Assembly: GCA_012295275.1 (NCBI GenBank)
Contig: CM022666.1
Location: 16,368,001-16,432,000 of the forward strand
Reading direction: 5' to 3'
Length of the DNA: 64,000 nt
Origin: Chrysomallon squamiferum
Taxonomy: Eukaryota > Animalia > Mollusca
This document shows, piece by piece, positions 1 to 16,600 of the stretch; the stretch's first letter is position 1, and each line of letters begins with the position of its first letter. Position numbers and translations under genes: made by a program. The notes beneath the pieces are model-generated. The model was given only the letters and a program-made list of their open reading frames with translations, did no database searches and was not told where the DNA came from.

Positions 1-1628
1 TATAGCTCTGGTGTTATTAATATCCTGAAGAAGAAATAATTAATAAATAACAATTAAGCGATGATCAGCCTTATTTATTTTACGTCACCTTTATAAGAAC
101 TGCAAACATCCCAGCGAACATAACAACAGCTTGAAAAACATCTGTCCATATCACTGCTTTTAGTCCTCCCTACAAAATATTAGTTATTTTTAATCCTCTT
201 TACAAAGTATTTATTGCTTTTAGTCCTCTTTACAAAATATTAGTTTGTTTTAATTCTCTTTACAAAGTATTTATTGCTTTTAGTCCTCCCTACAAAATAT
301 TAGTTTTTTTAATCCTCTTTACAAAGTATTTATTGCTTTTAGTCCTCTTTACAAAATATTTATTACTTTTAGTCCTCTTTTAGTCCTTTTAGTCCTTTAC
401 AAAGAGTTTTTTTAATCCTCTTTACAAAGTATTTATTGCTTTTAGTCCTCTTTACAAAATATTTATTACTTTTAGTCCTCTTTGTATAATATATTTTACA
501 TTTAGTCGTTTTAACAATATCTATGCCACTTTTAGTCCTTTTTAAAAATATATATATTAATCTTAGTTCTCTTTGTAAAAATATATCACTTTTAGTCCTC
601 TTTACAAAAATGTTATTACTTTTAGTCCTCCCTATAAAAATATATTATTTTTAATCCTCTTTACAAAATATTTTTTACTTTCAATCCTCTTTACAAAATA
701 TTTACAACACAGAATGTTTATATATTTCTTTTGGTCCTCTTTACAAAATATATATTACATTTAATCCTCACAACAATTTTTTTTTTCGTCCTCTTTCTAA
801 AATGTACATTAGATTTAGTTCTGTCTAAATAATATATTTAATTTTTGATCTTTGCTACAGATTTACAATGTTTTTAATCCTCTTTATAAAATATATGCAG
901 TGTTTACTAATTTTCAAAAAATAAAATATATACGTTATTAAGTGAGAAAATCTTCAAATAGTTTAGAACGGGAAAATAAGTAAATAACCAGTTAAAGTAT
1001 CAGCTTACGATTGCTGTGTATATTACAGCCGCCGAAGCAACTAGGAATATCGATCCCAGTTGGGGAAACCCAGTGACTGAAAATAAAAACATATTTTATC
1101 ATTAGCAAAGATTGGACAGCATGTCTAAATCATTAAACATTTAAGCAACAAGCGAAGAAAGCATTTTTATATTACTTTTTATCGGTTTGATTTTTAATAA
1201 TAAAGAAATAACACTGTGATCTTCGTGAAAAGAATTCTGTTATGCGCATCAACAAAAAGAACGTTCACAGCACAACGTCTGATATATTATTGAAGGAGTA
1301 AAGGTTGGAAAGGGAGATGCTAAAATAGTTAATGTCTAAAGGTAAATGTGGAACTTCAAAAAAAAAAAAATTACATACCTGCTTCTAAAGCAATCGCCGG
1401 ACCAAAGAGTACAATACCCATGTAAAATATCTGTGTGATAAAAACACGTGCATGAATACTACATACACACACATAGACAAATATTAAAGTGTTCATACAG
1501 TATATAAATGTGTGTGTGCATTTGTTTGCCTCTATACATGCATATGTAATTTCGTACACACGTATATATGAATGAATGTATGTATCAACATGTAGGTGTG
1601 CTGTATATATGTATATATACAGACATAA

Positions 1629-1725
<97 letters not shown>

Positions 1726-2657
1726 GACAGACACACACACACAAAACACACACGCATACGCACACACAAGAGATATAATAAAAACTTACGTATGAAGTGA
1801 TTCCTATGAAGGTCCCCATTAATCTAACAGCTCGTGATTTGAAACGCAGCTCCAAGTACTAAAATAATGAAATAAGTAAAATAACAATCAAACGATTGAA
1901 AGAATAAATATTTTATTTAACAGTAAATGTCTCATGTTTGGCTTAAATTCACTGAAGCAATTTGATTTTAAGCTTTTGATCTTCTTCTTATTCTTTTTTT
2001 GTTTTTTTAGCAGTGAGATATTTCATGTATGCATCTTTCCACAGAGAACTGCATGCAGCAGTAACCCAGTGAGCGTACAAATTAACGAATATTTGTATAT
2101 GACGTCATTCCACTATGACATCATGGAGTACACTTTTCTTTTAAAAAAAAAAAAAAAAAGGATTTGTAATGCCGTTTTCATAATCTGGTAAACTCATGTT
2201 ACTATCATTAGATGAACAGTGTGTGGTAAACAAAACGTAAAAAATAGGTAACGGATCAGTGAGACGTCTTCTGAGCTGTAGAGTAAAAATACAAAATAAA
2301 ACATTTAAAATTCACCTCATAAGCACTTGTGATCTTCAGAGGATGTAACAAGGGAACCATTATGAAATTGGCCAACATTTGGGCCACGAAAAATCCAAAA
2401 GAGCCGATCCAGTATTGAAAGCCGTACACGTAGGCCTCTGCAGGCATCCCCAGCATCATTATAGACGACTCGAAAGAAACCATTAGAGAAATGGCGACTG
2501 GAAGAAAGCTTAAAGAACGTCCGGCTATGAGATATTCCGAAGTCGTTTTTTGTTTGCCTCCAGAAAACGCGAAATAGATTCCAATTCCAATAGAAATTAA
2601 CATGGTTATAGCAAACAGAACGTAGTCAGCGATGTGGAACGAGTGTTCAGACACCAT
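1..2657 (-). CDS. Sodium:solute symporter, SLC5A8/SLC5A12/SLC5A6-like (sodium-coupled monocarboxylate transporter); 5' part, continues past the left edge
   Basis: Exons 2657-2316, 1858-1790, 1430-1379, 1076-1009, 169-89 and probably 24-<1, all GT-AG and phase-compatible. They translate to SSF motifs DYVLFAITMLISIGIGIYFA, EYLIAGRSLSFLPVAISLMVSFES, SAYEYLELRF, YMGIVLFGPAIALEAVTG and YTAIGGLKAVIWTDVFQ. The exact paralogue cannot be resolved. Confidence 0.92.
156..900. repeat. ~30-bp minisatellite derived from the SLC5 exon-5 acceptor
   Basis: Unit gcttttagtcctctttacaaaatatttatt, roughly 24 increasingly degenerate copies. The reverse complement of the first unit is atattttgtag|GGAGGACTAAAAGC, the real acceptor plus the GGLKA codons. 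Confidence 0.85.
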
Positions 2658-2789
2658 GATGATTAGTGAACCAGAAACAAGATAGATGTTGGATTAGAAA
2701 AGCTGCAATTGTAAATATGACAATGACATCATAATAATCTTATTTTTGTTCCTCATTTCAGTCAACAAAGGGAATAAATTTCTGGTTAG

Positions 2790-5637
<2,848 letters not shown>

Positions 5638-6980
5638 TGCTGAATTACATTTTACACATTTAAAAATGTCACGTACCATGTACTATGCAAGGTAAGATAC
5701 TTCTTTATGTCGTTGCATTTATTAGTAAAGGTTGTTTGTATTTTGTTCGTTTAACTTCATGATAAGGCACTAATGATCGTTTTTGTTTACAAACTACAAT
5801 CACGCGTTAAAGCAGAAATTATTCGACTAAAACGTGAAATTTGTATTAGTGTGAAAGTTAAATTTGTTTTGTTTAACAGCATCACTGGAACATAATAATT
5901 AACAGACTCTTGGAATTCCGATTGGTTATTTTATAGTTTTTAAAAATTTCATCTATTTACTCCCTTAGCAGCATTGTTTCTTTTATACGAACCGTTCCTG
6001 AAACAAGTGTTACATACCATGACATTCTACGTTAAAATTTGGTGTTTATGTTCTATATAATTTTTATCAATGAACTGGTGCGGTTCCTTAACCTAATAGG
6101 CGGGACATAGTAACATACAACATAGTCTCGTTCAAATCAGACGTGATTTGTAAATAAAAGGTTATCGTTCTCATGAACGAAGAACTCGCTTCTAGACGGC
6201 AAAAAGTATACTAATTAAACAGATATAATTCATTAATCAGTAACTTTTGTCAGCACAGTGAAAGTAAATTATTCAAACCATATATCTGGTGCGAATAATT
6301 GTACAAGCTTTCTGTTTTATTCGCATTTCTTTAAGACTTTGTATTACTTCATTATTACTAATATTACTAGTTTATAAATTATTACGAAATATTATAGGCC
6401 TGCATCATTTCTTCAGTAGATGCCTGTCAAAACTAACAACACATTTCCTGACTTTCTGACCTTAATCCCAGTAAAAACAATTAAACAATATGTCAACAAT
6501 ATAGTTTGTTGGCATAGAATTTTAAGACGCTCAGAAGGTTTTACCACAAATGATATTAATCAAAAATATAAAACAGGATCTTGATTATATTTATTTCTAA
6601 TTATTTTCAAACACTGTGTGTCTTTTTTATCTTCTTTTTTTGTTTAGATATTGTACTTTTGTTTAATATTATCAATAAAAATTACTCAAAACTAAGTGTA
6701 ATTTGGATACAGTTTAATAATATATATAATATAAATGTAAGTTTTCTTATATTTAAAGTGTATATGATTTTTTTAATTTTCAAAATCCAGCTTATACGAC
6801 CAAATGAAATTCTTACAGGTTAGCCACTGCTAGTACAGTGAGCTTATGCTAAAAGTAATGTATTATTATTATCATCTTGCTTATTGCTTTCAGAAGGTAC
6901 ATTTTCCAGTTTTATTTACTTTGTAACGATGAGCTGACAAAGTGTGTTAGAACTGTAATGTGTGTGGAGAGAACTCTGAC

Positions 6981-8542
6981 ATGGGAGTCCAAGGACTGTG
7001 GCAGCTGTTACAGTCGACAGGGAAACCAGTCTCACTGCAGTCACTGGAGGGAAAGAAACTCGCTGTCGGTATCCTTTGTGTGTGTGTCTTCCTCTCTTTC
7101 TCTCCCTCCTCTCTTCCATCTCTCTCCCTCCTCTCTTCCATCTCTCTCTCTCTGTCTCCTCTCTTCTATCTGTCTGTCTCTCTCTTCCCTCCCTGAACCT
7201 TCTGAGTCTATCCCTTCTTTCTTTGTCTTTCACTCTCCACCTCCCTCCCTTTCCATCGCTCTCTTTCTTTATTCTAATAGCTAAGCATCATCTTTAACTG
7301 TTCCCTTTTAACGTATTTTATTTTGAATCGGAGCACAAACAGAATTTAAAACTGTTTTACTTAACTCGTCAAGATGTCAGCATTTGGCTTCACCAAGTTT
7401 CCAAGGGTTTACGAGACAAAGATGGAAATCCGTTGCCAGGTGCCCATCTCCAGGGTCTGTTCAGTCGCATTTGTAAACTTTTGTTTTACCGGTTGAAACC
7501 GGTTTTTGTCTTTGATGGAGGCGTTCCCATGCTTAAGAAGAAAACCATTGTAAGTATTTTTATAATAATTAACATATTTGCTTCAGTTTTATGAACTTAG
7601 AATGATAAGTAAATAAAGAATATATTTTGTTTAAATATAAAGAAGAACATTATGAATTATTATTTATGTCTATGGTGTCATATATAACTATTGATAAATT
7701 ATTTTTATAAATTTGATTGTTTTTTTTTGTGTTTTTTTTTTCAAATAGGCAGAAAGAAGAGAGAGATCTGATTTGGCTAAAGATGAATCGGAGAAGACGT
7801 CTGAGAAACTCTTACACAATCTGCTGCAGAGTCACGCAGTGAGATCCGTGCTAGGCAAAGACAAAGAAAAAACATCAAAACCTTCTTCTGTTCCTGCAGC
7901 TCGCGACATATTTGAGTTACCTCCCCTGCCAGAGCCAGATCAGGAGTAAGATACTGTTTATTTATTAAATTAATTTGTTATTTTTTTAAATCGAAAATCA
8001 TTTATCTAAATGTCTTTCTTCAATCAGTAGAAATATATTTATATGATATTTTTTGGTTTCAGTTTTGTTGTAATTTTTATGATGTCCATGAAGATAAATT
8101 TTTATTTATTTATTTATTTGTTTGTTTGTTCTTAGAATGATTTCTGGTTTAAATTATGAATATAAGTTTTTAAGATAATAGTAATTTGTCAGCATTATTT
8201 ATTGATTTGTTTGTTTATTTGATTGTTTTAAGAACGGCATCTAGTTTAAACTACGAGAGTGACAGTTCTTCTGAAGATGACGTTCAGTATCAACATCATT
8301 TGGAGGTGAACACAAATATGTTTTGTTTTTTATTGTTTTATTTGTAAAACTAAATATTTCATAAACAGAAGCTAGATGATTTTTTGTGATTCTTGCAAGT
8401 AAAACTATTTGTGATAAAACAGTGGCTCTGATTTGAATTAAGTCATTCATATCAGATCTCATATTTAAATAGATTATTTTTATTTTTATTATTATTGTTG
8501 TATGTGGTACTTCTTGTTCTTTTTCTGCATTACTTATAATTC

Positions 8543-8591
<49 letters not shown>

Positions 8592-11500
8592 TTTTAGTTA
8601 TTATTTTTATTTTATTTTTTATTTGGTTAATCAAAGAATGAAAATTTCAAGTGACAAAAGAAATAAATAGCTTATAAAAATCTTATTGTTTGTTTATTTT
8701 GATTTTTTTTTTTCTATACTTGAGCATTTAAGGCTTCCTTTTTATTTATCAAAATCTTGTTATATTTTAATTTTTTATTATTGAGTTTTTTTGTAATTAC
8801 AAACATCAGACAACAACCAGTTGTTTCCCTTTTATCATAAACCAACATTACACAGTTTTAAGAGACCCCACAGGAAACTGATGATGTAATGGATCAGTAA
8901 ATAATGTTTGAATACTTTATTAAATGTTGTATTTATTTCAGAATGAGTTTCAGCATCTAGATGATGTGGATGTTGAGTGTGAAGATTTTCAGAGCCTGCC
9001 TCCGGAGATCAAACACGAAATACTCACAGAAATGAAAGAAACGAGAAAGAAAAGATGGACGAATTTTGCAGATCTTCCTCGGGTAAATTTTTTATTTGTG
9101 TTTTATTAGTGTGCATTATTGTGTTCTGTCACAGATACTCAGGTTTTATAATCAGGTGTTCTTCTATAACCAATACTACTGCTACTACAGCTACTGCTAC
9201 TATAATTACTACAACAATTACCACTGCTATGCATGCTTTTACAGCTACTGCTACTACTACTACCATCACTACTAACAATACTAACATTACTACTGCTACT
9301 ACTACCATTACTACGACCATCTCTACTATGACCAGCATTACAGCTACTACTACTACTGTTATTATTACCTCAACTGCTGTTGTTGTTATATTAACTTGTT
9401 ACTCTAGCTATTAATGTTATTTTGATTTTTACTGTTTTTGTTTTTTGTTAATTTTGTAATACTACAATTACCCTATATATATTATTTTTTTAAATAATTT
9501 TTAGTGTTATTAATAATAAGAATGCACGTAATGGTTTTTAATTTGTTAATAATAAATGTACTACAGGAGTCTGAAGACTTCTCATCATACCAGTTGTCCA
9601 AGATTCTCAAACAGAGCAAACTGACAACCCGACTCGACACGGTGAGAAAAGAACTCAACACAAAGTCATACGGAGATGTTTACTCTCAGTTCAGTGACGG
9701 TGTTGCTATGGGCGATGTGATGTCACAGAGGGTGATGTCTGACGACACGTCGCATTTCATTCTTATTCGTGGACTTGAGAAGAAACGTCGCTTGGAGGAG
9801 ATTGCTGAAGAGAAACCATCTTGTGATTCAGGAGTAGAAGAAGAGAAGGTGAAGCTTGTCTGTCTGTCTGTCTGTCATTATATGTATGTGACTTTTATTA
9901 AATTATGCTTTGGATGCTTGATTGTTTTGTAAAATGTGTGTAAAAATCATTTGACATCAGACATCTAGTTATTTCCATGCACAACATGGGGACACACACA
10001 CACGTACACAGACACAGACACACACAAAATGAAACAAAAATAAACCAGCAATAATTGGAAGAGCAAGGTTATTAAAAATTATATTTATAAATCTGTTTCT
10101 AGTATGAATTTTTATTTTATAAAACCACTTTATTAAAGGAATATAATACACTTTATTAAAGAAATATAATACACTTTATTAAAGAAATATAATACAAATA
10201 TTCAGTTTTTGTTTACTTCCAGACTAGTGAAGGTGAAATACACAACAAGTTTCCCAGGAATGATATTTCAGAACCTCCTGATGTAGACAAGTTGACTAAG
10301 ATCACCATACCTGATGAACCAGAAGCTGACAAAGTTTTGAAAAAGAAAATACTCAAAGATCTCGACGACATTTACACTTGTGAGGCTATCATAGCCTCTG
10401 CCAGTTCATCTGATTTAACAGATGATGATCAGCTGGCTGATGAAAGCAGCGGGGATGATGAGAAAAAGAAGAAACTTGATTTGCCAGCGAAATCTTTCAC
10501 TTTAACATCAGTTACAATAATAGATGACAAAGAAACAAATAAGACTGGTCATGTTGCTGATGTTGGTGTCAGTAAGAATGGTGATGTTTTCAGCAGTAAA
10601 AAAGATTATGCTGGTTGTAGTAGTTCTGTTGTTGAAGATGTCAGTTGTAGCAGTAAAAATATTGATGATGTTTGCTCCAAAGATGTTGATGATGTTAAAA
10701 ATTCTCACCAAAGTGTTAATCATTACACATGTGAAATAACAGCTCAGCAAAAAGAAATGAAAGATCAGCAGGATAATGATGATGATGATGACATTTCAGT
10801 GAAATCAATAAAGCAGGTGATTTCCAAAAATGATGCAGAAGTGAAGTCAAACGTTGTGGAGATGAATTCAGAATTTCTTGAAAACAGAACAGAAGTAGTT
10901 ATTAATTCATCTAGTGACTCTGACAGTAAGCAATTGTTTGTTTGTTCATTTATTTATTTAGTTAGTTAGTTAGTTATTTACTTATTTATTTATTTACTTT
11001 TTCATGCATTTATTTAATGAATTATTTACTTATCTCTTTATTTAATAACATTTATTTATTTTCCAGTATTTATTGATTTTCATATTTGCAAACAGACTTT
11101 GTTTTTTTTTTTTAATTAATTTTTTTTTTTTATAAATATTTTTTATTAACCTTTTAAATTTATTATTTAATTTTTTATTATTATTATTATTTCTTAAATC
11201 ATAAACATGGAGAACAACACAGATTATATATCAAAACTTTATATTAAATACTATTACTAATTTATGACTTCAGATGAAGATTTCATTGAAGTTACTGTCA
11301 ACCCAACACAAGCAAGGGATGATGAGATGTTTCCTGCGTCGTTGTTTGAAGCAAAAAAGCAAGATACTACTGAGAGTTGTGTAGAAAGCAGTGTAGATTT
11401 AAACACTGAAGATGACAGTGGTGGTGTAGGAGACAGTCAAACTGAGAAAGGGCTGTCATTCCATCTACCAGTGCAAGTTCTGGTGTGGATTTTTGTGAAG

Positions 11501-13495
11501 ATGAAATTGTTGAAAATGAAATCAAAGCACCAGAATTTGCTGCTGTTAAAACAGTTGTAAGTTTTTTTTCTTTTTAATTAAAAGTTCACAGTGGTTAAAT
11601 AAATAGACTAAATTAATTCAAATTTTAAGATTCAGGTTTTTTTATTTTCTTTATTTTTATGTGGAAGTATCTGAACTTGTGTTGATGTACAACCATACAC
11701 ACTATCCATGTTATTTTTTTATTTTTTTGTTTTTTGTTGTTATTTTTAGTTAGAGTATTACAGAAAATCTAAATTTATTTCTCACATTTCTTTGTAAGTG
11801 TTTTGTTTGTATTTTGTCAAAGTTCACTTACTGGTGTTAACTGTTAACCAATGTACATAGAATTTTCCACTTGAAGATTCTAACATTTTCAGTTCAAATT
11901 TATCTGCAGTCTTAAATTCATTTCATATACTTTACAGTGACTGTTTTACTTTATATTAAAAAAAAATACACCAGTGGGTATTCATTAATAATCCATATAA
12001 GATTTTATCTTTTCAGTTTTTTCTTAATATGCTATAAGTTCAAATTCATTACATGTTCTTGTTATTAGTTACTGAAGACTATTTGTACTGGTGCTAGCTA
12101 ATAAATAGAGTATATAATCATTTTCCATATGACAACTGTAACCTTTCTGTCAAAGAGAATGTATAATAATAGTCTAATTTAATTTGGTTTTGTTTGTTAA
12201 AGTGTTAATGTATTATGCTAACAGACCCTAAATGTGTTGTGCTTCAAGTTAAATAAAAAAAAAAAAAAAATTATTTTAAACTCTTGTGGTATAGATTAAT
12301 TATTTAATTGTTTCCTAAATAATTATTTTGAAATATCTACTTTCTGTAAAAGAAAAATAGCACAGATTATTTTTGAGTATGCAAAAATAATTGTTTATTT
12401 TATTTTATATATATAATTATTTTTTATTTTTGTTTTTTATTAATTTATCTCTTTATGTCTGTGTGTGTTGTATAAAATTATATCCGTGGTGATGTGGTTT
12501 GAACAAGCAGTCTAACTAAACAGACTAAATGTATTTTTAAAGTGATGATGTTTCAGGATGATCTGGATGATCTGCATGATGAGTTGGAGAGAGAGAGTGA
12601 AACACTAAGACAAGAGCGAGGCAGACAGGAGAGACTTGCAACATCCATCACTGACCAGATGATGGTGGACGCGCAGGTAGTCACAGAAATGTAGTAGTAG
12701 TAGTAGTAGTAACAGCAGCAGTAGTAGCAGTAAGGCTGTAAATATCTATTTGTCACAAAGTCATAATAATTAACCAGTGTTGTTTATCAGAAAATATAAT
12801 TCAGATATAGTGTTCTACAGTATCAGAAAATTAACATGCAGAAATATTATATAGATTATCAAATAGCTTTACTGCAGTTAAACATTACATTAAGAATTCT
12901 CGTACTTGAGAACTGAAGCCTGTTACTATAGAATTCAAAATACAACATATATGACACCAAAAGAAAGCTGTCAGCAGTTCCAGATCATATGAAACATTAT
13001 TTATAGTAAACAGACTTAAAAGCTGCTATTTGAATTTTCAGCTGAGTTGATTAAGAGTTTAGTATAAACAAAACAAAAAAAAATATTTTAACAATTTAGT
13101 GAGGTAAACAATAAAAACTGTAAATACAATTATCACAGTCAGTGTGAGATCATTATAAGACAGCAGTGTTTACAACATTATAGGTCTTTCCATTGGGGGA
13201 GAGGATGAATAAATAATGGCTAAATAATTTCCATTTCTAATTTTTGAACATTCTACACAGAGCTGACCATAAAAGAAGTATTTGTATAGATTGCTACTAT
13301 TTTTCAAACACAAATATATTCCAGTTTAACTAGACATTAGAAAGGCCGTAGTCATGGTGGTGGATGCTGTTGTCATAGTTGTTGCCAACAGTGGTCATCA
13401 TCTACATCATAATCACAATCATAGACCTAAACAGTGTCTCATTCATTGTTGTTTAAGACTCTAGTCAGATTTGTTTGCAAATACTTAGATGAACA

Positions 13496-13544
<49 letters not shown>

Positions 13545-13567
13545 AAATACACACACACACACACACA

Positions 13568-13624
<57 letters not shown>

Positions 13625-16600
13625 TTATGGAGATGGGTCTATTTCTCAGTACTTGTAACAAACACCAGTGTTTATTTTCAGGAGTTGCTGCAGTTGTTTG
13701 GAATTCCGTATGTCATCAGCCCCATGGAGGCTGAGGCGCAGTGTGCCTACCTCAACATCATCAACCTGACTGACGGCACCATCACAGACGACAGTGACAT
13801 CTGGCTGTTTGGTGGAGTGACGGTGTACAAGAATTTCTTCAACCAGAACAAACACGTGGAGGTGTACACGAAGGCAAAGATAGAATCTCAGTTAGGTAGG
13901 TAGTGACTAGTACACAAACTAGACAGAATCTCAGTTAGGTAGGTAGTGACTAGTACAGAAACTAGACAGATTCTCAGTTAGGTAGGTAGTGACTAGTTCA
14001 GAAACTAGACAGAATCTCAGTTAGGTAGGTAGTGACTAGTACACAAACTAGATAGAATCTCAGTTAGGTAGGTAGTGACTAGTACACAAACTAGACAGAA
14101 TCTCAGTTAGGTAGGTAGTGACTAGTTCAGAAACTAGACAGAGTCTCAGTTAGGTAGGTAGTGACTAGGACACAAACTAGACAGAATCTCAGTTAGGTAG
14201 GTAGTGACTAGTACACAAACTAGACAGATTCTCAGTTAGGTAGGTAGTGACTAGGACACAAACTAGACAGAATCTCAGTTAGGTAGGTAGTGACTAGTAC
14301 ACAAACTAGACAGATTCTCAGTTAGGTAGGTAGTGACTAGTACACAAACTAGACAGAATCTCAGGTAGGTAGTGACTAGTACAGAAACTAGACAGAATTT
14401 GTTAGGTAGGTAGTGACTAGTACACAAACTAGACAGATTCTCAGTTAGGTAGGTAGTGACTAGTACAGAAACTAGACAGATTCTCAGTTAGGTAGGTAGT
14501 GACTAGTACAGAAACTAGACAGAGTCTCAGTTAGGTAGTGACTAGTACAGAAACTAGACAGAGTCTCAGTTAGGTAGGTAGTGACTAGTACAGAAACTAG
14601 ACAGAATCTCAGTTAGGTAGGTAGTGACTAGTACACAAACTAGACAGATTCTCAGTTAGGTAGGTAGTGACTAGTACAGAAACTAGACAGAGTCTCAGTT
14701 AGGTAGGTAGTGACTAGTACAGAAACTAGACAGAGTCTCAGTTAGGTAGTGACTAGTACAGAAACTAGACAGAGTCTCAGTTAGGTAGGTAGTGACTAGT
14801 ACACAAACTAGACAGATTCTCAGTTAGGTAGGTAGTGACTAGTACAGAAACTAGACAGAGTCTCAGTTAGGTAGGTAGTGACTAGTACAGAAACTAGACA
14901 GATTCTCAGTTAGGTAGGTAGTGACTAGCAGAAACTAGACAGAATCTCAGTTAGGTAGGTAGTGACTAGGACACAAACTAGACAGAGTCTCAGTTAGGTA
15001 GGTAGTGACTAGGACAGAAACTAGACAAAGTCTCAGTTAGGTAGGTAGTGACTAGTACAGAAACTAGACAGATTCTCAGTTAGGTAGGTAGTGACTAGTA
15101 CAGAAACTAGACAGAATCTCAGGTAGGTAGTGACTAGCAGAAACCAAACAGAAGATATAACTTCCCAGACTGGTTTACAGGTGCTGTCTGTGGGAAGGTA
15201 AAATTTTTGCTAAGAATTGACAAAAAAAGAGCCCTTGATATGGTTGGTTTCTTTTCATATAATTTCTACATAAGGAAAACATGACTGTTTTCTAATAACT
15301 GTTACCTTTAAAATGTTAAATATTTACTGTTAGTTAACATTGTGATTATTTATAAGTAGTTTAATATTTATGAGAACAACTTGTGAACATTGAATATTTT
15401 TCTTATAATGTCTGTGCTATAAAATATATATTGTTAATGCATGTAGTATATTTAGTTAGTTTTTTTTCAGTTTAAATATTTTCTTTATGTACAATGAAAC
15501 ATCACAAAATCATGATCAGATAGAAAGTTTACATTTGAGAATTAATAACTGACAGGATTGTTTGTTTTTTAGTAGATTCAGGTTCTGTGGGGTCTGTTTT
15601 GTTATATCTGTTTTGTTACATTTGTGTTGTGTTTTTGTGTTTAGGTTTAAAACGAGAGCAGCTGGTGAATGTTGCGTATTTCTGTGGCAGTGATTACACG
15701 CTAGGTATTCCAGGAGTTGGACCAGTGACTGCTCTGGAAATCATTGCAGAGTTTCCTGGCACTGGGATTAGTGGATTAGTTGATTTCAAGTATGTATCTT
15801 TAAAATGATGTTCAGTGTTTGTTATTTCTTTTTCAAGTTTTATTTATTTATTTATTTATTGTTAATAATATTATTACTATTAATACTGTTAATATTAAAC
15901 AAAATAAAAACAATCACATTTTAATACATTTTATTTTTTCAATTGTTATAACCATAAGCTGATTTAACACTACCATCCACTATAAAAAATGTTTGTGTAT
16001 CCGAGTGTTGTTTTATCAGTTCCTTGTTAAACCATAAACCCATTTAACAAGCCTTCCACTGTGAGGAGTTGAACCAGAGTCCTCAGTGTGATATCCCACC
16101 CTTATTTTTGTTAATGATGTGCATTTAATTTAGCATCAGATTTACACATAAATTAAAATTGTGTTAATAATCATGACTTTTTTTTTTAAACTTTGTTATT
16201 TTACATGTTCATTTTTCATATAATTTTTTTTTAGATTAAAACTGTTATTTTACTTTTTCATCTTAATTTTTTTTAAGATAACATATTTATTATTTTAATC
16301 TTTTATATTATTTTTTAATATCAAGAATTAGTTTTTTTTTCAGTTTTTCATATTACTGTTTTCAAGATAAAATGTTAGATTTTAGGATTACAAATTTTTA
16401 TGTATGTGTTTCAGAAAATGGTGGGAAGAAAGCCAAGCATCAGGAAAACCAGCAATAAATAAATTCAGATCCAAACTGAGAGATCTTAAAGTGGATGCAG
16501 GTAAGTTACTGATGTTTGTCACCTGTCTGAATAATTACATATTTATTTACCTTTCATTTATTTTCTCTTCTGTCTTGTTCTCTATGAGTGTCTGTAGAAA

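Noticed and set aside
1-24. SLC5 pseudogenisation suggested by the atypical DINNTRAI start of exon 6
   Set aside because: Only 8 codons are visible, with no stop or frameshift, and exons 1-5 are intact.
13882-15140. CRISPR-like interpretation of the 43-bp array (and of the 61-bp array at 55243-56000)
   Set aside because: The units are contiguous with no unique spacers, there are no cas genes, and the context is a eukaryotic intron.
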